Below are positions 25,529 to 32,000 of a DNA stretch of 32,000 nucleotides, piece by piece. The stretch spans positions 1,115-33,114 of the forward strand of contig JAAUSO010000041.1 of the NCBI GenBank assembly GCA_012033205.1, read 5' to 3'. The notes below the pieces were generated by a model. The model saw only the letters and a program-made list of their open reading frames with translations. It was not told the DNA's origin and made no database searches. A program made the translations under genes and the position numbers. Numbering within the stretch: the first letter of the stretch is position 1; every line of letters begins with the position of its first letter. This stretch comes from Richelia sp. SL_2_1. Lineage in GTDB: Bacteria; Cyanobacteriota; Cyanobacteriia; Cyanobacteriales; Nostocaceae.

Positions 25529-26143
25529 CTAATTTTGGGCTAAAGCAGTATCAAGAACTTTGGTGTAATCTGCCTTGTTAGGATTATTTTTAAACATCGT
25601 TAAAATATTGCCAGTTGCCGGGTCAACAATAGCTACTGTGCTAGTTTTACTCTTGTTTGCTTCCAGGAATTTACTTAGACCCAATTTTTCTGCTTGGGCT
25701 TGTGTCTCTTTCACTTTGGCTTGGTCAGTCACATCCAAGACGACAAAGTTAACCTTATCTGCATAATCCTGTTTCAGTTCTGATAGAGTCGGAGCAATAT
25801 TTTTACAACCAGCACACCAAGTTGCAAATACATCTACTAAAACAGGTTTACCTTGAAGTTCTTGTGCAAGAGGTCCTCCCACAGAGGTTAATTTCCCAGC
25901 ACAGGGATTTTTGGAATTATCTTTACCCGCGCAAGGATTTTTAGCAGCACAGGGATTTTTGGAACTATCTTTACTAGCACAAGGATTTTTCCCAGCACAG
26001 GGGTCAGCTTGAGCAACTTCTGTAGTCGATGATGGCACTTGGTTTTGGGAAATATTATCGGAATTTCCACTGGTGCAAGATACTGTCAAAACCAAGCTGC
26101 TTAAACACAGTAGACTGAGTAAAAATTTGCTATTTTTGTACAT
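25529..26143 (-). CDS. Thioredoxin-like (TlpA/ResA-type) lipoprotein with an N-terminal Cys-rich 'NPCAxK' repeat region
   Basis: Lipobox 'LVLTVSC', five 'PCA(G/S/A)K' repeats, then a thioredoxin fold with the 'WCAGC' active site. Confidence 0.8.
   Translation of the reverse strand: MYKNSKFLLSLLCLSSLVLTVSCTSGNSDNISQNQVPSSTTEVAQADPCAGKNPCASKDSSKNPCAAKNPCAGKDNSKNPCAGKLTSVGGPLAQELQGKPVLVDVFATWCAGCKNIAPTLSELKQDYADKVNFVVLDVTDQAKVKETQAQAEKLGLSKFLEANKSKTSTVAIVDPATGNILTMFKNNPNKADYTKVLDTALAQN
25896..26005 (-). repeat. ~2.3 tandem copies of a ~48-nt unit encoding the KNPCAxK(D)xSKNPCAxK repeats
   Basis: Plus-strand reading shows GCACAGGGATTTTTGGAAYTATCTTTAC..GCRCAAGGATTTTT repeated. Confidence 0.8.
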
Positions 26144-26350
26144 AATTGCTTTTTATCCTCAACATTGCATGACAAGATGCTGGTACAGAGTTTTTACGAG
26201 ATAAGAAACTCCAATTGCACCTGTTTACTAAGACGAGTGAGGAACCAAATTGGATTTAATTAAGATGCACTTTACATTTCCTGGGGTGCTAATGCCCCGC
26301 TATAGCATCTAAGCTCAATTTTCAAGCAAATAAATCAATACTCCTGTACT

Positions 26351-26818
26351 CTAAATACCCCCTGAAGACTTCCGTAATAACTCCACCATCTTTTCACCCA
26401 CCCCTGTAGCCGATGCGGGATTTTGTCCTGTCACCAAGCCATCGCTCACCACGACATGGGCTTGAAAATTAACAGCTTTGCTGTGTTTGGCTCCCCGCTC
26501 GATTAACTTGGACTCCAACAAAAATGGCATCACCTGCGTCAATCCAACAGCCGCTTCTTCATCATTAGTGAAAGCAGCTACGGTTTTCCCTGCGACCAAA
26601 TACTTACCATTAGACAACTTCACATTCACCAACGCAGCTGGACCGTGACATACCGCACCCACCACCGCGCCCCGTTCGTACATCGTTGCGGTGAGTTGTT
26701 GCAATGGCTTGTTATCCGGAAAATCCCACATCACCCCATGTCCACCCGCGAAGAAAATCGCCTTATATTCATCCGGTTTGACTTCCGTCGGTGCGAGAGT
26801 GTCTTGAATTTTTGCCAT
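26351..26818 (-). pseudogene. DJ-1/PfpI-family (type 1 glutamine amidotransferase-like) gene lacking about 70 N-terminal codons
   Basis: 'AIFFAGGHGVMWDF', the nucleophile elbow 'GAVCHGPAAL', 'FTNDEEAAVGL' and 'VVSDGLVTGQNPAS' correspond to the C-terminal two-thirds of ~230-aa family members. Similarity continues upstream of the ATG ('ERSQNQQFLQNQAV') until a stop at 26867-26869. Confidence 0.65.
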
Positions 26819-26956
26819 TACAGCTTGGTTTTGCAGAAATTGTTGATTTTGCGATCGCTCGTATCTTTACTCTTGGGGTCGATTGGTGCCAAAACCACAC
26901 CGATCAACACACCGCAAATATTACGGATTGGTACACCCCAGGAATTTTTTGCCCAG

Positions 26957-28042
26957 ATGGTGTTAGAGCGTTTACCAATATCAGAAAAATGGTTGTACCG
27001 GGTTTATTTCGGCTTAACAGAAAATGCGATCGCCCAATTACTCGAAGGTGGTTTGGATGCGGTCATCGCTACCCAAAAAATTGCCCGCACCGACTTGGAA
27101 TACCAACTAATTCACGAAGAAAGCTTTTGGTTGGTAGGTTCTCCCCAATTAAATATTCCCAACACGGCAAATATTCAACAATTGGAAGAAGATTTGCGAT
27201 CGCCTAGCGGCTCCTACGGAGCATCGCTTATTGCCTACGGAGAAGAGCTACCAATTATCCGACGGTTTTGGCGAGTCGTATTTGGTAAGCGCTTGGATTT
27301 AGTTCCCCGAATAGTGTTACCAGATTTACGCTTGATTCACGATGCGATCGCCCTTGGTTATGGTTTTAGCGTCCTTCCCGATTATCTCTGCATAGATACA
27401 ATTAATTCGGGTAAATTGCAAGTATTATTGAAGCCAAATCGTGCGGTAACGAATCAAATTTGGTTAGCCTATCGCAAATCAGAACGGGAATCGGGAGCAG
27501 TGCGATTGTTATTAGATGCGTTTCAAACATTGAAGCAAATCGCTGCACCCGACCGAGAGTCATTTAAAATCAGTCAACTTGAGAAAGAACACGCGCTAGC
27601 TATCATCAATTGGCGCTACAGTTCTCCCTATGACTACTACAACTTTGATGCTGAGACAATTCAAGAGGATTTGCACTATCTAATTGATCCGAAAAACGAC
27701 TTTTGGGCAATCTTGAATCTACAAGGAGAACTCGAAGGGTATTGCTCCTTCGGATCGGATGGTCAAGTGCCAGGTGGAGACTATAGCAATGAAGCCCTAG
27801 ACATTGGGATGGGAATACGACCAGATTTAGTCGGTCAAGGACGTGGAAAGCAATATGCTCAAGCTGTAATAGGACATGGGACGAGTCAATATAGGGTGCA
27901 GCAGTTGCGGGTAACGATAGCGCAGTTCAACAAACGGGCACAACGAGTGTGGGCACAGCTAGGATTTAAACAGGTGCAGAAGTTTATCAAAATCGGTAGT
28001 GGAGAAGAATTTGTAGTGTTTATAAGGAAAGTTTCGGTATAA
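26957..28042 (+). CDS. Fusion ORF: LysR-type substrate-binding domain (no HTH) joined in frame to a GNAT acetyltransferase domain; possibly a pseudogene
   Basis: 'LRIGTPQEFFAQMVLERLP...LDAVIATQKIARTDLEYQLIHEESFWLVGSP...FSVLPDYLC...IWLAYRK' is a LysR effector-binding domain. 'INWRYSSPYDYYNFD...GIRPDLVGQGRGKQYAQAV...FNKRAQRVWAQLGFK' is GNAT. The 26645 start in the ORF track lies antisense inside the DJ-1 ORF, and the first ATG clear of it is at 26957. Confidence 0.5.
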   Translation: MVLERLPISEKWLYRVYFGLTENAIAQLLEGGLDAVIATQKIARTDLEYQLIHEESFWLVGSPQLNIPNTANIQQLEEDLRSPSGSYGASLIAYGEELPIIRRFWRVVFGKRLDLVPRIVLPDLRLIHDAIALGYGFSVLPDYLCIDTINSGKLQVLLKPNRAVTNQIWLAYRKSERESGAVRLLLDAFQTLKQIAAPDRESFKISQLEKEHALAIINWRYSSPYDYYNFDAETIQEDLHYLIDPKNDFWAILNLQGELEGYCSFGSDGQVPGGDYSNEALDIGMGIRPDLVGQGRGKQYAQAVIGHGTSQYRVQQLRVTIAQFNKRAQRVWAQLGFKQVQKFIKIGSGEEFVVFIRKVSV

Positions 28043-28068
28043 TACTGTGATTGGACTATGCATTTAAA

Positions 28069-28197
28069 ATGCCAGGTCGAGCAAAGCCAAAATTCACATT
28101 ACGGACAAAAGATGGATTCTGGTATGATTTTTATAGACAGGAAATACAAAACTTGTGGGACGCAGGGAGCGAATGGGGACGCGAGGATAATTTATGA
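28069..28197 (+). CDS. Candidate 42-aa ORF whose TGA overlaps the DUF433 start (ATGA)
   Basis: Hand translation gives MPGRAKPKFTLRTKDGFWYDFYRQEIQNLWDAGSEWGREDNL*. I recognise no family; the only support is the coupling geometry. Confidence 0.2.
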   Translation: MPGRAKPKFTLRTKDGFWYDFYRQEIQNLWDAGSEWGREDNL

Positions 28198-28424
28198 ATT
28201 ATCGAAATTACATCACGATCGAACCTAATAAACGCGGTGGCAAGCCTTGTGTTCGTGGTTTGCGGATTACGGTTTATGAAGTGCTTGAGTACCTGGCTTC
28301 CGAGATGACGGAAGCAGAAATCCTTGACGATTTTCCTGATCTGACACGGGAAGATTTAAAAGCCTGCATTGCTTATGCCGCTGATCGTGAGCGGCGGTTG
28401 ATGACCGCGACCTTATCCCCATGA
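28194..28424 (+). CDS. DUF433-family antitoxin-like protein
   Basis: 'ITIEPNKRGGKPCVRGLRITVYEVLEYLASEMTEAEILDDFPDLTREDLKACIAYAA' is the canonical DUF433 sequence. Confidence 0.85.
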   Translation: MNYRNYITIEPNKRGGKPCVRGLRITVYEVLEYLASEMTEAEILDDFPDLTREDLKACIAYAADRERRLMTATLSP

Positions 28425-28753
28425 AATTACTTTTTGATGAAAACTTGTCGCCCAAGTTGCCGAACCGTTTAAGTGATCTTTTCCCAAACTCGCTTCACGT
28501 TCGAGATGTGGGTATGAAAGCAATGATCGATCCAATAGTTTGGGATTATGCAAAAGACAATGATTTGATGATTGTCTCGAAAGACGCTGATATGCACGAC
28601 TTGAGCTTAGTATTTGGAAATCCACCGAAAGTTATTTGACTGCGACTTGGAAACTGTTCCACATCGCAAGTTGAAAGCTTGCTGCGTCGAAATTTTGACG
28701 CGATTAAATTATTTTATGAAGATGAGAATTTATCGCTGCTTGCTTTATCATAA
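28421..28753 (+). pseudogene. DUF5615 (PIN-like/Mut7-C-like) toxin gene interrupted by an in-frame TGA at 28637-28639
   Basis: 'MKLLFDENLSPKL...VSKDADMHDLSLVFGNPPKVI*LRLGNCSTSQVESLLRRNFDAIKLFYEDENLSLLALS*'. The family motif is 'PPKVIWLR.GN', so TGA replaces the conserved Trp (TGG). The ATGA start overlaps the DUF433 gene. Confidence 0.75.
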
Positions 28754-29211
28754 TGCACCGATGGCTTTGGAAATCTTTCTAAAGGTTTACAAGTATCTTT
28801 CCAGAGGTTTTACAAACGGAGAAAACATAATGGCGATCGCGCATAATAAATAGTTAAGTCCCAAGAAGGGTTGGTTGTTAAACATCTTTGAGAACAGCGA
28901 TGGGCTGCATCCCGGTTTCCGACCATCTCTACGAGAAGCCGCGCTATGCACGTCTACGCTCAATTTTCAAACACATAAATACTTGTATACTCAATCTAGT
29001 TGGCAATAATTTTAACTCCAATATTAGCATTTACGTATTTATATTGAGAAAAAATCGGCTTTATACTTTAATAGCAAGAAAATAATTATACTAAATTGCT
29101 TAATATCAGATTTCCTTAATTGTGGACTGCGATAAGCCGTTAGGCTTTACGCTGAGTCTTTCAGACACGCTGCGCGAACGCCCATCCCCTAGCTGCTTGC
29201 TGTCAAAATAC

Positions 29212-30762
29212 TCACGCCCGAATCACAGTAATATTACGTTGATTGTCCGTCACCACAACCTGCGTTGACAAAAGTTCTTCCATTGGTAGGGCATTTTTGC
29301 GTCTATCAAAAACAAATAACCAACCTTCATTCAATCCCAACCGTGCTAGATATGACTCTAATTGCTCAATCCCTTCTGCTTGGGGGTCACGCTTTTTCTC
29401 CCGCCATACCTTTAACTCAATACCTAATGTAACATCTTTGTAGCGCAGACATAAATCCATTCTGTCACTACCAATTGCATATTCCCTCTCCAGGATTCCA
29501 CCACCATTGACAACACGATGCAAGAAAGCCATGAGTACTATGTGGGGGGCGATTTCATGATAAACAGCGCTACTTAATAACGGTTCCCCATGTTGTCGCC
29601 AAAACTTGATAAAAGCGGACAGTAAAGCATCTTTATTTAATTCACCTTCGGGAGTTAACCAACTAGGACTGATATGAGGTAAACTATCCTGAGTTCCTTG
29701 CACTAAAACGCGGGGAATGACTTCGCGATAAATCGGGTTAGAAATAACCAGTCCCCCCGCAGGATCGCGTCGCAATAATCCTAAATCGATTAAATATTGG
29801 CGATCGTCGTTGGGGGTATCGGGTAATGTTTGTCCTGCTAAAATTGGTTCAATAATGTTTTTAACTCGTTTTTCTCGGAGTTTTTCTGCTAAAGAATCGA
29901 GATGAGTATCTTGACGAGCAATTAATATTTCTTTAGCTTGTAAAATATGCTCTTTGGTAATAGCAATATTTCTATCCCTAACCATTTTTTCCACAACTTC
30001 TTTGGCAAGAGCATTCACTAACCAAGGTTGTCCCTGGGTTAAATCAAAGGCATATGCTGTAGCTTCTTCTGTAAAAATTTGTCCAGTGTCTTGGGTATGT
30101 TGTTGGTATAGTTCGGCAACTTCTCCGGCGTTAAAATTTCTCAGGGTGATGGAACTAACTTTAATATTAAAAGGACTGGCTGTATTTAATCTATCGCTGC
30201 CACCCGATGCAACTTTATAATCCCGCACATCCCGTAAACCAATTAATCCTACGGATGAGGGAAAGTTTTCCGGACGGTTGGGAAAACCATCGCGTAATTG
30301 GCGTAAAACTGAAATTAGAGTTTGGTCTTGTAGGGAATCAATTTCATCAATAAATATTACCAAAGGTCGGGGAGAAGACTGTGCCCAAGCTTGTAAACTA
30401 GCTTTAATTCTTTGTCCTGGCTCCCCATATTCCCAAGCAGATGGTCGTAAATCTTGGGGTAAGCGAATGGCTATTGTATCACGCCAAGTTCCCAAAATCG
30501 CTAATTCTGCGGCACTGGGGTCATGATTAAAAGCACTTCCCACCTCCACCGATACCACTACTGCTGCATAACGTCCAGTTGCGGTTAGTTGCTGCGCTAG
30601 GGCTAACATTGCCGTTGTTTTGCCCGTTTGTCGCGGTGCATGAACGACAAAATAACTTTCTTGTTCAATCAGCCTTGACAAGTCGGGGAGACGACTTGTT
30701 GGTGAGAGCATGTAGTGTTTGTCGGTTTGACAAGGACCAGCAATATTGAACCAGCGAGACAT
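29212..30762 (-). CDS. ORC/Cdc6-like AAA+ P-loop ATPase with a C-terminal PD-(D/E)xK-like nuclease motif
   Basis: 'MSRWFNIAGPCQTDKHYMLSP', Walker A 'APRQTGKTT', Walker B 'VIFIDEIDSL', and C-terminal 'GSDRMDLCLRYKDVTLGIELKVW' (D...E.K). The ORF track starts 8 codons earlier (30786); homologues as I recall them start at the 'FN.AGPC' block. Confidence 0.75.
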   Translation of the reverse strand: MSRWFNIAGPCQTDKHYMLSPTSRLPDLSRLIEQESYFVVHAPRQTGKTTAMLALAQQLTATGRYAAVVVSVEVGSAFNHDPSAAELAILGTWRDTIAIRLPQDLRPSAWEYGEPGQRIKASLQAWAQSSPRPLVIFIDEIDSLQDQTLISVLRQLRDGFPNRPENFPSSVGLIGLRDVRDYKVASGGSDRLNTASPFNIKVSSITLRNFNAGEVAELYQQHTQDTGQIFTEEATAYAFDLTQGQPWLVNALAKEVVEKMVRDRNIAITKEHILQAKEILIARQDTHLDSLAEKLREKRVKNIIEPILAGQTLPDTPNDDRQYLIDLGLLRRDPAGGLVISNPIYREVIPRVLVQGTQDSLPHISPSWLTPEGELNKDALLSAFIKFWRQHGEPLLSSAVYHEIAPHIVLMAFLHRVVNGGGILEREYAIGSDRMDLCLRYKDVTLGIELKVWREKKRDPQAEGIEQLESYLARLGLNEGWLFVFDRRKNALPMEELLSTQVVVTDNQRNITVIRA

Positions 30763-31013
30763 GGGATGTTGGCAATTAGCGGACACTTTGAGTTTAGACG
30801 ATTTTGGGATTGAGGGATTTTTGTTTGTTTAAGCTTTGTGGGAGAAAACTAAATCCAGATAACACTAAATCCGATCCCCTCCTTCAGTCGTCATATTATA
30901 TAGACGGCTTTTTTCAGCAAAAATATCTCTATGTGCGTTCTGGAGCGAGGTGATGACAGACAAAATACGCTTAAATTACGACTGTATAGGTTTAGACATG
31001 GGTTAAAAATCGC

Positions 31014-31616
31014 ATGGAGCCTAAACAATCCCAGTCAAATTCTTCCCTAACTTCCGATGTGACGGATGAAGCTTTATTTGCGGCGCTGAAAAATGGCGAT
31101 TCTGCGGCATTAAGCATTTTGTTTCAGCGTCACGGTCGCTTGGTGTATGGATTAGCACTAAAAATTTTAGTTAATCCCCAGGAAGCGGAGGATTTAACCC
31201 AGGAAATTTTTCTTACCTTGTGGCGAAAAGCATCTACTAATCCCGATTGTCGCTTTTTTGTGCGCTATTTGGTGACGATAACGCGATCGCGTGCCATCGA
31301 CAAAATTCGCGCTCGCACTAGACAACTCAAACTTGTGGAAAAAGTAGGAAAAATGAGCAATAACATAGTACCCGAACCAACACCCGTTGAACAAGCAAGT
31401 TTTGCAGAGCGATCGCAAAAAGTTAATCATGCTATGAGTGAACTTCCAGAAAAACAACGTCAAGTTATTGAATTAGCTTATAACCAGGGATTGAGTCAAT
31501 CAGAAATAGCCAAAAAACTCGATATTCCCCTTGGTACAGTCAAAACCAGCACCCGTCAAGGATTATTAAAACTCAAACGGATTTTACTAGATTCTGATTT
31601 ATTATCATATGAATAA
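31014..31616 (+). CDS. ECF-type sigma-70 family RNA polymerase sigma factor
   Basis: Region 2 'LVYGLALKILVNPQEAEDLTQEIFLTLW' and region 4 'LPEKQRQVIELAYNQGLSQSEIAKKLDIPLGTVKTSTRQGLLKLK'. Confidence 0.9.
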   Translation: MEPKQSQSNSSLTSDVTDEALFAALKNGDSAALSILFQRHGRLVYGLALKILVNPQEAEDLTQEIFLTLWRKASTNPDCRFFVRYLVTITRSRAIDKIRARTRQLKLVEKVGKMSNNIVPEPTPVEQASFAERSQKVNHAMSELPEKQRQVIELAYNQGLSQSEIAKKLDIPLGTVKTSTRQGLLKLKRILLDSDLLSYE

Positions 31617-32000
31617 ATCTTTCAATTCTGAACATATTAAAAACTTAGTTGCGGGGTTTGTTGTGGATGATCTTTCTCCGGAGGAAGCTGAGGAATTTCA
31701 GTTATTACTCGATAGACATCCAGAACTAATTAGCGAAATTGAGGATTTACAGGAAGTTTTACGACAGGTTGTAGATGGTTTTATTGAAGTAGAACCACCT
31801 GCTGATTTGTTAGGAAAAATTCTCTCGCAAGCTGAAGGAATGACAATTAAACAAACAAATATAAATCATATTCCCATTCAAGAAAATCGTAATTTACTCA
31901 TACCAAAAATATCTCGGCGATGGACAAAAGTTGCTGGTAGTATCGCTGCATTATTTGTGGTAATTATCGGTGTTGATAATTATCTATTGCGGGAAAAATT
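31609..32000 (+). CDS. Anti-sigma factor (single-pass membrane protein, N-terminal zinc-finger-less ASD-like region), truncated by the window end
   Basis: The ATG at 31609 overlaps the sigma gene by 8 nt and the frame is open to nt 32000. 'LVAGFVVDDLSPEEAEEFQLLLDRHPEL' is a typical anti-sigma N-terminus, and there is a TM segment 'WTKVAGSIAALFVVIIGV'. Not in the ORF track (no stop in the window). Confidence 0.7.
   Translation, partial: MNKSFNSEHIKNLVAGFVVDDLSPEEAEEFQLLLDRHPELISEIEDLQEVLRQVVDGFIEVEPPADLLGKILSQAEGMTIKQTNINHIPIQENRNLLIPKISRRWTKVAGSIAALFVVIIGVDNYLLREK

Noticed and set aside
26645-26956. 5' part of the 465-aa ORF (and ORF 26791..27207)
   Set aside because: This stretch lies antisense to the DJ-1/PfpI coding sequence and has no LysR HTH signature. 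The open frame there is fortuitous, and LysR-like sequence only begins around 26920.
28267-29085. ORFs 28267..28455(-), 28413..28625(-), 28614..28853(+), 28888..29085(+)
   Set aside because: The first three overlap the DUF433/DUF5615 genes out of frame or antisense. The last lies in repeat-like, AT-rich intergenic sequence with no motif and a TTG-type start.
21536-31463. Other embedded antisense ORFs (21536..21757, 24897..25229, 25575..25766, 25888..26070, 18779..19015, 29243..29443, 29954..30220, 30278..30526, 31194..31463)
   Set aside because: All are contained within well-supported genes on the opposite strand or in another frame, and none has an independent signature.
1-32000. Search for tRNA, rRNA and CRISPR arrays
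   Set aside because: I saw no T-loop-type GGTTCGAATCC-like motifs within cloverleaf-sized GC-rich blocks, no rRNA-like conserved stretches, and no regularly spaced 25-40-nt direct repeats with unique spacers. The only arrays are contiguous 7-nt, 48-nt and 54-nt tandem repeats.

Overview
AT-rich window that looks cyanobacterial, probably from a filamentous Nostocales-type genome. By eye I count at least 19 perfect HIP1 octamers (GCGATCGC). It also has tandem heptanucleotide arrays, small GC-rich palindromic MITE-like elements, an NB-ARC/WD40 STAND gene and a DUF4278 remnant. The left 17.5 kb (nt ~349-17457, all on the + strand, with many ATGA/GTG-type overlapping junctions) is one operon-like cluster for a phage-tail-like contractile injection system (eCIS, Afp/PVC-like; it resembles the thylakoid-anchored tCIS class of Anabaena as I recall it). 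The gene order is two sheath paralogues, tube 1, an assembly-chaperone-like protein, a small DUF6760-like ORF missing from the ORF track, tube 2, a low-complexity tape-measure-like protein, a LysM protein, a gpD-like hub, a gpV/VgrG-like spike, gp25, a very long baseplate-J protein, a short J paralogue, a gpI/gp7-like protein with a duplicated C-terminal module, a tail fibre with an S74-type chaperone domain, and two small unknown ORFs. No AAA+ ATPase, DUF4255 cap or canonical PAAR gene lies inside the window; the cluster may continue past the left edge. Several places in the cluster have the conserved protein sequence sitting in a different frame from the called ORF (tube 2 C-terminus; the chaperone/DUF6760 junction). 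A structured GC-rich repeat element is inserted in frame inside the tape-measure-like gene. The right half holds gene remnants and a MITE (17.5-18.3 kb), then an Amidase_3 cell-wall amidase, a PNPOx-family flavoprotein, a GST, a frameshifted NB-ARC/pentapeptide/14xWD40 STAND gene and a CcdA plus thioredoxin-like lipoprotein pair. Next comes a decayed segment with a 5'-truncated DJ-1/PfpI gene, an HTH-less LysR-GNAT fusion and a DUF433/DUF5615 toxin-antitoxin pair whose toxin has an in-frame TGA. The window ends with an ORC-like P-loop ATPase carrying a PD-(D/E)xK-like C-terminus and an ECF sigma/anti-sigma pair. I saw no rRNA, tRNA or CRISPR array. All homology calls come from motif recognition by eye, not from searches.
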